A stretch of DNA of 64,000 nt from Eledone cirrhosa (taxonomy: Eukaryota). A program made the position numbers and the translations under genes. Positions 30,726-45,420 of the stretch are shown piece after piece. Where the stretch lies: positions 66,030,001-66,094,000 of the forward strand of contig OZ024740.1 of assembly GCA_964016885.1 (NCBI GenBank), in the 5' to 3' direction. Within the stretch, counting starts at the first letter, position 1. The number at the start of each line of letters is the position of its first letter. The notes beneath the pieces were generated by a model, which was given only the letters and a program-made list of their open reading frames with translations, did not search any database and was not told the origin of the DNA.

Positions 30726-31254
30726 AAACATATCACCATGTAGTCACCACTCTCACCTACATGAACACGCACCACATATCAGACACCCACATGCACCATC
30801 AGCATCCTACTAATTACCACAATTAGTATCATTACTTTCATTTGTATCAACAATTTTTTCATCTTTCTTATTACTATTATATTTATTTCCTATTACTATT
30901 AACATTTTCACCCATGTTATGCATATCCAACTCGTTAGTTTTTAACACCACATATATGTGGCTACGATAGACTGTATATGAGTATGTGTGTCTGCGTGTA
31001 CCGGTGTATAAGTTAGCCCATATAGTTTGTGTAGCAACTATTTCCTTTATCCATTCATTTATTTAGTTATAATTATTTCACACACTAACCACAATCGATA
31101 ATCACTTATATTCTTGTAAAATAAAACCCTTTAAGTATATGGATAATCTAATCACACCACAGAAAACGTAAGAGCTCCACCACCAAAGCTTCATCCTTAT
31201 CCTATGTTTAACTTATTTTTATATATTTTCGCTTATTCCTCTTTGACAAACCTC

Positions 31255-31733
31255 TAACCAACGGAAAACCGACAAATACTCCCTTAGTACAGCACCGCAC
31301 TCTTTCATCTCCCATCGCGTATAGCCCATAACCACATCACATGAACACCCAGCACTGTCGCTTCACTACATATACGCTATAATATCTATGGAACAGCCAA
31401 AACACCACACCCCGACAACTGACACCAACTATCGCTCCTTACCACCACATCCTCTACATTTAATCCTTCCCCCACCTATCATACACACGTGCAAATTCCT
31501 TATAGCAAAACCACCAATCAAGGCGAACATTTACTGACCACAATAAATGAATGTGAATCGTTATAGACCATTTTAAGCCCTACAGGTACATTCTGTCATT
31601 ACCACAGCAGAGGTCCGACGAGCTTTTGATTCCAGTGTCAGGCTTGATCGATAACGATCGGACCTTGAGCTGATCAATAGCGAAACGCGCGTCAATACTC
31701 AATAAAAGTATTGAAGGCATAACATATCCGTCT
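31255..31733 (+). mobile_element. PLE-type terminal region ending at (TTC)n(TTA)n
   Basis: 31255-31420 is homologous to 56625-56790, and an HHR-like motif lies near the end. Confidence 0.55.
31611..31700 (+). ncRNA. Hammerhead-like motif with CCGACGA core
   Basis: CCGACGA-GCTTTTGAT...ATCAATAGC-GAA-ACG-cg-CGT-C; stem I is poor. Confidence 0.55.
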
Positions 31734-31740
31734 TCTTCTT

Positions 31741-31815
<75 letters not shown>

Positions 31816-34800
31816 TGCATTTATCTTGCTTTATGTTCATACGAGTTATCACCAAGTCACAACCAGTGACCTCAAGAGACAACAAGGTCCGCCATGTTCA
31901 AGAAAGAACATACATATTCACACATGCATCCTTAGTGTTTAGACTTGTGATGTACTTATATTGACAGGATCTTCCTTAGTATATGGGCAGTTCCCATTAG
32001 TACTATCTTTTGTATTTCTCCTATACGCGGGTTTCCTGGGATTTGCGATAAGTAGTCGTTAGACCCCTTAGGTATCATTCCCAGAGCGCCTACAACCACT
32101 GGTATTGTTTTAGTTCTCAATTTCCACATTTTTCCAATTTCTATCTCCAGGTCCTTATACTTGCACAATTTTTCAAATGTTTTTATAGATACATTCTTGT
32201 CTATTGGAACAGACATATCAATTAGCAGGCATACCCTCCTTTGAAAGTCCTTCAATATTATATCAGGTCTATTTGCATCTATTTTTCGGTCTGTTTGGAT
32301 GCTAAAGTTCCACAAGATTGAGATGTGATCTTTTTCAAGTATGGGAGGTGGTTGATGCTCCCACCAATTCTTTTGATGGGGCAGGTCAAAATGCTTACAC
32401 ATTATCCAATGTATGTATTGTGCAGCTCTGTCATGTCTGTTTAGGTATTCGGTTGGAGCTATAGGACTGCACATTGAAATTATATGGTCAATGGTCTCTG
32501 CTTGTTTTTTGCATACACGGCATAATGGGCTGCACCCATTTTTTATTATGTTGGCTTGGTAATTTTTTGTTGGCAGACACTGATCTTGTGCCGATATAAT
32601 CAGTCCTTCAGTCTCCGATTTCAGTCCAGAGGATGCCAACCACTGATGGGTTAAAGATTTGTCAACATCAGGATTGTTAGCTCGCTCTGGGTACTTTCCA
32701 TACAGAGGCTTTTCTTGCCATTTCTTAGCCAGTTTCTGTAGCAGTTCTTTCTTTGCAGTTACTTTTACCTGCTTTGCTTTTTCCGTGTTTTCCATTTCAG
32801 CAGTAAATGGGACTTCTGAAATTTGTAGTCCATTACTGTATCTTTGTGCATCTTTTGTAATGGAATATGATCTTTTGGTGCTTTCGTGTTTCAAAACGAG
32901 TTTGATTCCCTTAGATATGTGGATAATCCAATTGTTGCAGTTTTCAACGCAATGTCTAACTGGATTAATCCACGTCCTCCTTCTTTCCTAGGGAGATATA
33001 TTCTATCTATGTCTGCCTTAGGGTGATGCATTCTGTGCATGGTTAAGAATTTTCGGATTTTTGTATCGAGCCTACGGATCTCTGTGCTTGACCAGTTGAT
33101 GACATTGTAACTGTAGGTTACTACTGGTATGGCAAGCGTGTTTATGGCATCGATCCTCTTCCTTGCATTCAATTCCGTTCTTAAGATTTCTCTGACTCTG
33201 CGGTAACATTCCTTCCTTATCCTTTCCCTCATTGTCGAGTGCTTGATTCCGTCTCCTTCACAAACACCTAGATATTTGTAAGTTTTTTTCTTGATCAAGC
33301 TCTCTTATCACGTTCCCCCGATCAAGATTAATGTCTGAACTCTTCAGCAGCTTTCCTCTGGTGAACGTTGCTTTGGCGCATTTATCCAGTCCAAACTCCA
33401 TTTTAATGTCATCACTGAACTGCTTCACAGTGGATAATAGCCCTTGCAATTGTTCATCATTTTTTGCAAATAGTTTCAGGTCATCCATGTAGAACAGGTG
33501 ATTAATGGTTTTGTCATAGACTCTATATCCATGTTCTGTTTCATTGAGCATTTTACTTAATGGTATAAGTGCGATGCAGAATAAAAGCGGTTATAAAGAG
33601 TCACCCTGAAAAATTCCACAATTAATATTAACTTCTCCAGCTTCCAGTGATTTTGTTTCACTATTCAAAAGGAGTGTCGTTTTCCATGTCTTCATACTGA
33701 ATGACAAAAACCTCCTGACAACGGGGGATATTTTGAAAATCTCTAAACCTTTTTCAATCCAACTATGTGGCAAACTATCGAATGCTTTTTTATAATCTAT
33801 CCAAGCAATCGATAGATTTTTGTGTCTATTATGACAATCTTCCAGTATCATTTTGTTAACCAGAAGCTGATCCTTACAGCCATATGAGCCTCGTTTACAC
33901 CCTTTCTGCTCAATGGGAAATAGGTCATTTGTTATCAGGTGGTCTTATGTGTATTCAATTAGGACTGATGTTAAAATTTTATACATTGTGGTCAAGCAGG
34001 TTATCGGTCTGAAATTTTGGGGATTGTTTGTCTCATCATTCTTCGGTAGCAGGAATGTAATGCCGTTAACTAGCCATGATGGTATCTTTTCTGGCTCCTT
34101 AACTATTTCATTGTAAAGTTGGGCTAACAGCTCATGAGACTCTGTGAAGGCATTTATCCAAAAGTTTTGTATTTTGTCTTTTCCTGGGGATTTCCATTTG
34201 TTGGTTTTTCTTAGAGCCAAGCGCAATTGTTCAACTGTTATATTTTCCCATGTTTGTTCTTCAAGGTGAGCTGTATCTTTCATTTGTCTGTCTATCCATG
34301 GGGCATGTATGTTATGAACTTTTTCTTCGGCCCAGATCTTTTCCCAGAATTCTTGCACTTCCTCCTTGGGTGGTATTGATTTAGCAGTTATTGTTGACTT
34401 ACCAATTTTTCTGTAGAAGTTTCTTTGGTTGTTTTTGAACATATTATTGTCCTTATAGAATCTAGATCGTTTTTCAAAGCGCCTTATACGAGCAGCTTTG
34501 GCCGACACTTTTTGCTTGATTGTTTCTATCAGCATGTCTATGTCACATGTTGATCTTATACTGTACTTTTTTTTCAATTTTCTAAGTTTAGTTTGTTTAA
34601 CATGTTCACCTACTTTATAGTTTGTTAAAATTTCTATGTCAGATCGGAGAAGGTTTATTTGGCGATTGATGTTATCTTGCCAAGTAGATTTCTTATGGGA
34701 ATTCCTTTGTTTTTTCATCTTCACTCCACATAAGTGAGTGGTGACTTTAGCCGATGCATAATAGAGATGATTTAAGTCAGTAATGTTTAGTTTGTTTGTG

Positions 34801-34985
34801 ATGATAATGTTTTTGAGAATTATGTTAGTCTTGTGTATTATCTTTTGGTTCTGTTTGGAGTTCTGGATCTTAGGGAGGGTGTCTCGTTGCCCCATGTCAG
34901 ATTCTTTCATTTTCATCCATTCGATCATAATTTCATCCTTCAAGTTGGCAAGTTCATTCTCATTCATTTCTTTATCATTTACGAT

Positions 34986-34988
<3 letters not shown>
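31816..34988 (-). mobile_element. R4/Dong-like RLE non-LTR retrotransposon, copy A (5'-truncated, frameshifted), with (TAA)n at the 3' end
   Basis: RT motifs ([27 protein letters not shown]), CCHC finger CRVC...HIISMC, RHD and RPD restriction-like endonuclease motifs. Confidence 0.9.
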
Positions 34989-35021
<33 letters not shown>

Positions 35022-35230
35022 GGCGACCTACGTAGTAAATCGTATCATCGTGAGCTCCGCAAACGTTTGTTATTTCCGTCTGTTAAAAATTGTTATTTAT
35101 GGAAAATTTTATTGTTAACTGTTTATAAGCGCACATACATTGTTTTCCGAAAAGGACACCCAAAAATATTGGGGTCTTGTGCCCAAAATTTTAACTTATA
35201 TTATTATCAAAAAATTTCTTTGAAATAAAA

Positions 35231-37220
35231 ATGGCTAATTCACCTCTGCACGAAGCAGCTGAAAGCCTTTCTCAAAAATTAACACCTCACACCGACACCA
35301 CCATTGTAAATGTTACTACGTTTGCCAACACTAAAAAAAATATAAGCACTAGCAATATTTTAGATTTGTCTCAGGCAGACATTCATTTCCCGCCATTACC
35401 AATGTCTGCAGGTGTTAAAGCCTCCATCACCACCACCACCGCGACAACCACGACCCCACCACCACCTCGACAACAGAAACAAAAGAAGAAAAAAATAAAT
35501 TAACTCGTGATGTCGAAATGAAATCAAGCAAAATGGACTCTTCCCCACCAAAGGCGACTGACGTCACCACCACCACAACTGAAACTAAAATTAATATTAA
35601 CACAAATAACGATAGCAACAACAACAACAATGACATTATAAAACCGACCCTCAGTTTCGCCAGAGTAGCAAAACAGTTCGAAGCATTTACGGTAACTCAG
35701 GAGGATTTAGAAAATGCCAAACAAATGGTAAAGAAAGATGGGTACAGGGTCAGCCTCAACCCCCACCTAATAAAATGGAGCATCCGCGCCAATGCACCGT
35801 GTCGTATAGAACAATAAATGTAAAATCGCGCCGAGTGGAACGGGCATCCGAGTCCCAAATCCAAAAAGCTTTGGGACATGTGTGGGCAAGAAAAACCCAC
35901 ATCAGACGTGGGCAAAAGTATGGAACCGTGGACGTGTTCTTTGAAACACCACAGGAGGCTAGAGAACACTCCATGGCCCCATTAAGAAGTGACGACTTCA
36001 CACTCGTCCCAAGCTATCGTGGCCAGAGACTCGTAAAGATCAGGGTGACCCACGTTCCACCGGCCATCGAAATTCCCTGGCTAATAGCGGCCGTCCTCGC
36101 TGGCATCGAAGCCAACACGAAAATAATAGCAATAGCAAAAGAAAAGCAGGAGAACTGGTCCGGATCTGGGATGGAGCTCCTGATCCAAGCGGACCAAAAA
36201 AGCATTGAGGAGATCCCAGAGGTAATAGACCTCACTGACGGCAGCCACCTCACGGTAATTGTCGAGGGCAGAAAACCTAGGTGTGTCGTTTGTGGTGAAG
36301 GAACCCACCTAAGGGCTTTCTGCCCTCAGGCTAAAAGGTTGAGGCCACCTCTCCTACCCACCCCAGTGACACAACCATCAACACCACCAGTAGCAGAGAT
36401 GGCAGCAACAACTGTAGCAGCAACAACAGAAGCAACTATAACAGCAACAAGCCCAGCAACAGTAGCAAAACCAACACCACCACCACCACCAGCAAAACCA
36501 ACACCACCACCACCCAACGCTTCAGAACTAGCACCAGTGCCTACACTATACACCACGCCACAAGCAAAACTAACGCCTGTGGAAGATTTTCCAATCCCCG
36601 GCCTATCACAACTGGAGACAGATTGTGACGACGAGGAGTGGGAAACGATATCCGGAAAAAAAAAGAAACCAAAAAATAAAAATTCTCTTCCTTCCACCTC
36701 CAAAAACAAAATACAGAGGGAAACAAATAAATTAAGAAACAAAAAAGTTAGGACAGATATACCACCATCCACACCAGCATCACCAACCCCATCAACCCAA
36801 ACACCAACACCATCACCATCATTAACTCCAACACCACCATCACCTACACCACAAAAGTCACCAAAATGCGAAACAGAAACAAACCCACAACAAACGCAAA
36901 CAAAACAAAACAACCAAAACGATACACACTACACAGCATTAAATTTGAACAACAAGCAATTATTACACTACATCCAACACAACACCAGCATCACAGAAAA
37001 AGACTACACAACAACCCCAAAATTCACACCACCTCCACACATACAAATCACTCGCATCACACAGAAAACGTACATGACACTAAAACAAAAATTCCCCAAA
37101 GACATCGGAGACTTCCGACAAGCACTCTCCAGGAGGATTTATAAGGACATCCTTCCTGAGGAGGCCTCAAGCAGTGAAAAGGATGGAAAAACCGTCCTTC
37201 CCCTACGAGAAGTAAGGTAA
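35231..37220 (+). pseudogene. LINE ORF1 (gag-like, CX2CX4HX4C knuckle, Pro/Thr-rich C-terminus), broken near the N-terminus
   Basis: CVVCGEGTHLRAFC in ORF 35775-37220; upstream pieces at 35231-35503 and 35518-35817. Confidence 0.75.
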
Positions 37221-37254
37221 GTGGTCTTTCCCATCTTTTCCACTCCTTTTCAAC

Positions 37255-40200
37255 ATGACCTCACTCAGAATAGGCAGCATAAATGCGCGTGGCTTGGGGT
37301 CGTCATGTAAGCAGGGCCACCTGCTCAACCACCTCAGGTCACTAAACATAGATGTAGTGGCCATCAGCGAGACCAGAATCTCCGAAGCACAGGCTTTCAC
37401 ACCGATCTTCGGCGGCTACGATGTGTACGCATCTCCCAGCCGTCCGGGATGGGGGGGAGGATTTGCTGTACTTTTTCGGAGAGGTTTGGATCTTGCCATA
37501 CGGGTCATCTTTCTGGACCTAGAAGGTAAGTTGGTGGTGCTGGACGTGACCAGCGGAGACGGGCAAGCTTTCAGGTTAGTGGCCGTCTATGCCCCGACAG
37601 GAGCAGGGCGGCCTGATTTCTTCCGGCGTCTGGAGACCTTTCTTGGAACGTCCCGCTCTTTAGTGTTAGTGGGCGACTGGAACGGGATCTTAGATGCACG
37701 CTGGGATTGTGTGGGATTAGTGGATAGGGAAGGAGGGTGCAAGAGTCTCACCAACCTGCTCAGACGTTTTGAACTGTCTGACAGGTACTGAATGGATTTC
37801 CCGAATGTACCAATGTGGATTGGACAAATCGCATAGGGTCATCCAGATCATATCTAGATAGAGTATTTTGTAGGGAAATAGATAGGTCTAGCATAGGCTG
37901 TCCACAATTCAAGATAGTCAGCTACACGGACCACAAATTCGTGATCTGTGTGCTTGACTTAGATAGGCTTCATAGACGAGGACCCGGCTACTGGAAGCTA
38001 AACGCGTCCTTACCAGCGCGCAAGGCCAACAGAGACCGGATTAGCGAACTAGTTAAGCGGGCGTTGACGGGGGCCATCGTCAACAACAAGTGGTGGTTTG
38101 CTCTGAAAAGAGCAATTAGAATAGAGTCCATTAGGTTTAGCAAGACTTTAGCAATAGATAAAAATAGAGCAGAGGGAGAATTAGTTAGAAAATTAGATGA
38201 GGCCCTTTAGTAATGGCATCGCGACCGACGTACTTGCGGCGAAATTGGCCCTTGACCAATTCTTCAATGCAAAGCACGAAGGCTGCGTTGTCAGAGCTAG
38301 GGTGCGTGCTCTCAGACACGAGGGGACGAAAGCCGTTCAATGGGCCCGAGTGGCGGAGGCGGGTCGTGGCAACAAAGCCACGATCCGGTCTTTGGTGGAC
38401 CACGACGGGAGCATTCTACTCGATCCCGGGCAAATGTGTGAAGCTTTTCAGCGACACTTCGCTCAACTGTTCGGGGGCAGTGGCGGGCCGGATCGAGGGA
38501 TGGACTTTAATGTCTACCTCGACGGACTGCCGCGGCTTTCGGCCACTGAGGCGGAGTGTTGCGAAAAGCCGATAACAACCGCTGAAGTACGGGATGCAAT
38601 GACTAGTTGCACAAGGGGTAAATCGCCTGGTTTGGATGGTCTGCCCTATGAACTTTACGTACAAATGCCAAACTTGTTCGGAGGCCTCTTGGCGGACGTC
38701 TACTGCAACTGGCAACAGAACGGGAGAATTCCCAGCTCTGTGAGCCGAGAAGCGGTGGCGCTGCTGAGAAAGGATCCGAACAAGGGGGATAACATAGATA
38801 ATTTTAGGCCCATAACTCTGCTAAACACAGAGTTCAAGATTTTGGCCAAGGTGCTAGCAAAGAGGTTGGCGCTTGTCGTTGGTGGTCTGGTGGGAGAGGC
38901 ACAGACATGCGCCATTCCCGACAGATCCATCCACGACAACCTCCAAATCATGCGATACATCGTAGAGAGGGTAGCTAGGGAACCTGGCACGGGTGGGTCT
39001 TTGATCAATTTAGATCAGTCGAAAGCCTTCGATAGGGTCGACCATCGTTACCTAGCGGCAGTCCTGAGGGCGGCTGGCTTTGGGCCCGTCTTCAGAGGCT
39101 GGATCGCTGCCATGCACAGCTACATCTGCTCTGTGGTGAGAGTGAACGGTCACCTTTCGGAACCGTTCAACATCATGCGCTCGTTCCGCCAAGGATGTCC
39201 CCTCTCGTACCTATTGTACGTATTGACTCTTGAGCCATTACTGCACAAACTGGAGACGTTGAGGGGGTCCCGCGCGAACTAGGATGCGGAAGATCCGTGT
39301 CAGCATATGTCGACGATGTCACCGTAGTGGTGTCGAACGCCAAACACATCGAGGCGATCGGCATTACACTAAGAAAATACGAAGCAGTGACAGGAGCAAT
39401 GATCAACCAGGAAAAGTCAGTGGGCCTGCTGCTCGGCACCTGGAGAGGCAGGTCCATGTCGTCCAACAGCGTCGTCGGGCGCTGGACAGACGGACCGGTT
39501 AAATTGCTAGGGGTCTGGTTCGGTCCAGACCTCCAGACGAACAAAAACTGGGACGAGGTGACGAGCAGGGTGGCTTCTCTCACCCAGAAATGGGCCGAGA
39601 AGAAGCTATCCCTGAAAGGTCGAGCGGAGGTGGCGAATGCGTACATCGCATCCGTCATCTACTACCGCCTGACCGTCGTACCTTGTCCTAAGCCCCTCCT
39701 GACTGCGCTGGAGCGTTTGCTCTTTCGCTTCTTGTGAAAGGGACGCGCTCCGATGGTCAGGCGGTCCATCTGCTGTCAACACCCGCTACGTGGAGGGCTG
39801 GGCATGCCGTGGCTGATGATGCGCAAACACGCGCTCAGGCTACGACATCTCCACCTCTTCCTCAACGATGATCAGGTGTGGTCGCCGTTTGCTAGACGCG
39901 TTTTTTCCCCAGCTCGTCTCCTTGACGGAGCTGCAGTCCTGGGTCAAGCGAAGACCGAGAGGGAGCGCTTGGAGACTGGAATGTCTTCAGGCGCTCACAG
40001 CCCTCGACCAATCGGGCAATGTGATCGGTGGAAACTCCACCTTGGCGTTCTATAGGGGATTAGTGGAGGGGAAGAGCGACGACGTACTTGGAGAAACTCT
40101 AGGCGTCGACGAAAATCAACTAGCCAATCTCTTCGGAAGGACTTTCGGGCCGGGGCCTATGGACAACTTCCAGAAATCCCTGGCCTGACAGTGCTACCGG

Positions 40201-40674
40201 GGTGCTTTGCCAGTTCGGGATAAACTTTACAGGCATGGAGGTGCCGTCAGCCGGGCATGTCCGAGATGCGGGCAGGGCGACGAAACCGTCCTGCTCGCAC
40301 TCGTCCAGTGTCCGAGCATTGCTGACTTGTGGGTTTATGACGAACACCTGCTGTCACGTGTAGGACGGATCGAGCTATCAGCTGAGTCCATCGTGAGGAT
40401 TGCTCCGCCCTCTTTCTTTAGCCGGGAAGGGCAGGTAGTTTTTTTCTGTCTGGTGGCCATTGCGAAAGAGATAGTATGGTGGACACGTTTGAAAGGGCTG
40501 AAGACGAGCACTTACCTCTTCGGTGATGCCCTGATTAACTTTTTCAAATTTCATCTGAAAAGGAAAATCAGGGTAGAGAGGGAAGTGCTCTCTTCCCACC
40601 ATTTTGTTGAAAGATGGGTGAGAGAAGCAAGTATGGCCCGAATGAATGGGCCTTCTCTGGGTATGTGTCTGTAA
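37255..40674 (+). pseudogene. LINE ORF2 (APE endonuclease, RT, C-terminal zinc finger) with stops and frameshifts
   Basis: SINARGL, ISET, VYAP, GDWN, YTDH; KSPGLDG, FRPITLLN, DQSKAFDRVDH, RQGCPLS, YVDD; CPRC...ETV...C. Confidence 0.92.
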
Positions 40675-40941
40675 ATTAAAGGTGGAAAACTGGGAGAGGG
40701 CACTTGCCCTGGTGGTGAGGGCCACTGTGGTCTTTTAATGGGCTTTCTCCACAAATGTCCCTCGGAAGTCTCCCCCCTATTGGGGAATTTTTCTTTGTTA
40801 TTTTATTTCATCCGCTGTTTTTTTACACGCAGAAATACCCATTTGTACCGTCCTGTATTGTCCTGTACTGTCCTTAATGTCTACTTTATGTAAACCCTTG
40901 CGGTTAATAAAGAAAACATTATTATTATTATTACTATTATT

Positions 40942-43900
40942 TGCATTTATCTTGCTTTATGTTTATACGAGTTATCACCAAGTCACAACCAGTGACCTCA
41001 AGAGACAACAAGGTCCGCCATGTTCAAGAAAGAACATACATATTCACACATGCATCCTTAGTGTTTAGACTTGTGATGTACTTATATTGACAGGATCTTC
41101 CTTAGTATATGGGCAGTTCCCATTAGTACTATCTTTTGTATTTCTCATATACGCGGGTTTCCTGGGATTTGCGATAAGTAGTCGTTAGACCCCTTAGGTA
41201 TCATTCCCAGAGCGCTTACAACCACTGGTATTGTTTTAGTTCTCAATTTCCACATTTTTCCAATTTCTATCTCCAGGTCCTTATACTTGCTCAATTTTTC
41301 AAATGTTTTTATAGATACATTCTTGTCTATTGGAACAGACATATCAATTAGCAGGCATACCCTCCTTTGAAAGTCCTTCAATATTATATCAGGTCTATTT
41401 GCATCTATTTTTCGGTCTGTTTGGATGCTAAAGTTCCACAAGATTGAGATGTGATCTTTTTCAAGTATGGGAGGTGGTTGATGCTCCCACCAATTCTTTT
41501 GATGGGGCAGGTCAAAATGCTTACACATTATCCAATGTATGTATTGTGCAGCTCTGTCATGCCTGTTTAGGTATTCGGTTGGAGCTATAGGACTGCACAT
41601 TGAAATTATATGGTCAATGGTCTCTGCTTGTTTTTTGCATACACGGCATAATGGGCTGCACCCATTTTTTATTATGTTGGCTTGGTAATTTTTTGTTGGC
41701 AGACACTGATCTTGTGCCGATATAATCAGTCCTTCAGTCTCCGATTTCAGTCCAGAGGATGCCAACCACTGATGGGTTAAAGTTTTGTCAACATCAGGAT
41801 TGTTAGCTCCCTCTGGGTATTTTCCATACAGAGGCTTTTCTTACCATTCCTTAGCCAGTTTCTGTAGCAGTTCTTTCTTTGCAGTTACTTTTACCTGCTT
41901 TGCTTTTTCTGTGTTTTCCATTTCAGCAGTAAATGGGACTTCTGAAATTTGTAGTCCATTACTGTATATTTGTGCATCTTTTGTAATGGAATATGATCTT
42001 TTGGTGCTTTCGTGTTTCAAAACGAGTTTGATCATCCAATCATGTGATTCCCTTAGATATGTGGATAATCCAATTGTTGCAGTTTTCAACGTAATGTCTA
42101 ACTGGATTAACCCACGTCCTCCTTCTTTCCTAGGGAGATATATTCTATCTATGTCTGCCTTAGGGTGATGCATTCTGTGCATGGTTAAGAATTTTCGGAT
42201 TTTTGTATCGAGCCTACGGATCTCTGTGCTTGACCAGTTGATGACATTGTAACTGTAGGTTACTACTGGTATGGCAAGCGTGTTTATGGCATCGATCATC
42301 TTCCTTGCATTCAATTCCGTTCTTAAGATTGCTCTGACTCTGCGGTAACATTCCTTCCTTATCCTTTCCCTCATTGTCGAGTGCTTGATTCCGTCTCCTT
42401 CACAAACACCTAGATATTTGTAAGTTTTTTCTTGATCAAGCTCTCTTATCACGTTCCCCCGATCAAGATTAATGTCTGAACTCTTCAGCAGCTTTCCTCT
42501 GGTGAACGTTGCTTTGGCGCATTTATCCAGTCCAAACTCCATTTTAATGTCATCACTGAACTGCTTCACAGTGGATAATAGCCCTTGCAATTGTTCATCA
42601 TATTTTGCAAATAGTTTCAGGTCATCCATGTAGAACAGGTGATTAATGGTTTTGTCATAGACTCTATATCCATGTTTTGTTTCATTGAGCATTTTACTTA
42701 ATGGTATAAGTGCGATGCAGAATAAAAGCGGTTATAAATAGTCACCCTGAAAAATTCCACAATTAATGTTAACTTCTCCAGCTTCCAGTGATTTTGTTTC
42801 ACTATTCAAAAGGAGTGTCGTTCTCCATGTCCTCATACTGAATGACAAAAACCTCCTGACAACGGGGGATATTTTGAAAATCTCTAAACATTTTTCAATC
42901 CAACTGTGTGGCAAACTATCGAATGCTTTTTTATAATCTATCCAAGCAATCGATAGAATTTTTGTGTCTATTATGACAATCTTCCAGTATCAGTTTGTTA
43001 ACCAGAAGCTGATCCTTACAGCCATATGAGCCTCGTTTACACCCTTTCTGCTCAATGGGAAATAGGTCATTTGTTATCAGGTGGCCATATGTGTATTCAG
43101 TTAGGACTGATGTTAACATTTTATACATTGTGGTCAAGCAGGTTATCGGTCTGTAATTTTGGGGATTGTTTGTCTCATCATTCTTCGGTAGTAGGAATGT
43201 AATGCCGTTAACTAGCCATGATGGTATCTTTTCTGGCTCTTTAACTATTTCATTGTAAAGTTGGGCTAACAGCTCATGTGACTCTGTGAAGGCATTTATC
43301 CAAAAGTTTTGTATTTTGTCTTTTCCTGGGGATTTCCATTTGCTGGTTTTTCTTAGAGCCAAGCGCAGCTATTCAACTGTTATATTTTCCCATGTTTGTT
43401 CTTCAAGGTGAGCTGTTTCTTTCATTTGTCTGTCTATCCATGGGACATGTATGTTATGAACTTTTTCTTCGGCCCAGATCTTTTCCCAGAATTCTTGCAC
43501 TTCCTCCTTGGGTGGTATTGATTTAGCAGCTATTGTTGACTTACCAATTTTTCTGTAGAAGTTTCTTTGGTTGTTTTTGAACATATTATTGTCCTTATAG
43601 AATCTAGATCGTTTTTCAAAGCGCCTTATACGAGCAGCTTTGGCCGACACTTTTTGCTTGATTGTTTCTATCAGCATGTCTATGTCACATGTTGATCTTA
43701 TACTGTACTTTTTTTTCAATTTTCTAAGTTTAGTTTGTTTAACATGTTCACCTACTTTATAGTTTGTTAAAATTTCTATGTCAGATCGGAGAATGTTTAT
43801 TTGGCGATTGATGTTATCTTGCCAAGTAGATTTCTTGTGGGAATTCCTTTGTTTTTTCATCTTCACTCCACATAAGTGAGTGGTGACTTTAGCCGATGCA

Positions 43901-44900
43901 TAATAGAGATGATTTAAGTCAGTAATGTTTAGTTTGTTTGTGATGATTTTTTTTTTGAGAATTATGTTAGTCTTGTGTATTATCTTTTGGTTCTGTTTGG
44001 GGTTCTGGATCTTAGGGAGGGTGTCTCGTTGCCCCATGTCAAATTCTTTCATTTTCATCCATTCGATCATAATTTCATCCTTCAAGTTGGCAAGTTCATT
44101 CTCATTCATTTCTTTATCATTTACGATCTCATTATTTTCATTTGGAGTTTCATCCTGAGCATGCACTCCCTCCACTTTTTCGCTCCTTTCTTTAATTTGT
44201 TCTGTTGCCAGTGATTCCGCCCCAACCCTGGGATTCGAAGTGTTACAGTTTACCTCGTTTTCACTGTCACATGCTTCATTTTCCCTTCGCTGACTTTGTG
44301 CTACTAGCTTGATCTGATCAATTTCTATATCAGTTAGTAACTTTTTTCTTACAATATTTCTTCGTATATTTCTTCGCTAGTTTGTTACTGTCAATATAGC
44401 CTCTGTTTTCGGGATGTTTCTTTTTACAGTTGATATATGTTTGTTCTGTATTCTATGTATTTGATGGGTAGTACATGGCAGTGTAGAAAGCCTCAAGGAC
44501 TTCTTTATTATCTTCCCTTGACCATTTTTCTCTCTTTTTCTTTGGATTTCTTGGTGGTGAGCATGGAGGGCCAACAGTAGGAGTATTCCGGTTATGGGAG
44601 GTCTCCAGCTCCGAAGTGATGGGAAGGTTTGAACCATTAGCTGATTTTTCGACCCCAGTCTGGTTCCTCTCTGAGGGACGCGGCCCTTTTTTACCCGGGT
44701 GACGGCCGATCCGGTATGAGATTTTATCATTAGACATTTACTTTATTTTGTCGCGTTTTATCCTTATCCGCCAAGGGGTAATCATTTCGTGTTACCACTT
44801 CTAGAACGAGTGTCAACCAAGACTAGAGGGGTCGTTCTCCCCTAGAGACATGGCTATTCCCCGCCGGCCGCCATCCCGGTATTTCTTGGTCACGGGGTTT
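40942..44900 (-). mobile_element. R4/Dong-like element, copy B (near full length, same family as A, disrupted ORF starting near 44737)
   Basis: Near-identical to copy A over the shared span; N-terminal KWSREDNKEVLEAFY motif; GC-rich structured 5' leader; (TAA)n at the 3' end. Confidence 0.9.
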
Positions 44901-44974
44901 TCTTTTTGTTGTTTTTTTTATAAATTGTTATTATCATGAGTGGTTCCTTAATGTGAGCATTGCATGGCTTAAGA

Positions 44975-45035
44975 ATGAAATTATTAATAACTGTCTCCAC
45001 TCCAGGCACAAGGCCAGCAATCACCCAGTGCATTA
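44975..45035 (-). mobile_element. SINE 3' fragment
   Basis: GGCACAAGGCCAGCAAT...CCAGTGCATTAC matches the reverse complement of the 60239-60275 region. Confidence 0.65.
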
Positions 45036-45360
45036 CAATAATATAATATACTTTTTGTTGTAGTTGGCTGTTATTGTTGTTGGCTATGTCGGTGGTGGTG
45101 CCGGGGCTTTTTATATTGTTGGTGAGGAAGGGGTGAGCCAGCAGTCCCATAATTGTGGATGTAGACGTTTGGCCGTGGCAAGGTCACCAAGTCAATCTAT
45201 TTATATCTTTTGCTAGCCTCTCTCTTGAGTAGTGCTACCGCCACCTTCCCTTTTCTCTCTCAAGTTAACAGGGGAATAGTGTCAGTAGCATTGAATGAGT
45301 GGTGGCGGCGATGATGGATGTGGTGGGGTGGTGGTAGCGGTGGTGTTGTGGTTACTGATA

Positions 45361-45403
<43 letters not shown>

Positions 45404-45420
45404 GTTATTATTGTTATTAT

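Larger units (their letters stand above)
35022..40917 (+). mobile_element. Full-length Tx1/L1-clade LINE, copy A, flanked by (ATT)n on both sides
   Basis: ORF1 with zinc knuckle, ORF2 APE-RT-Cys-rich tail, AATAAA just before the (ATT)n. Confidence 0.9.
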
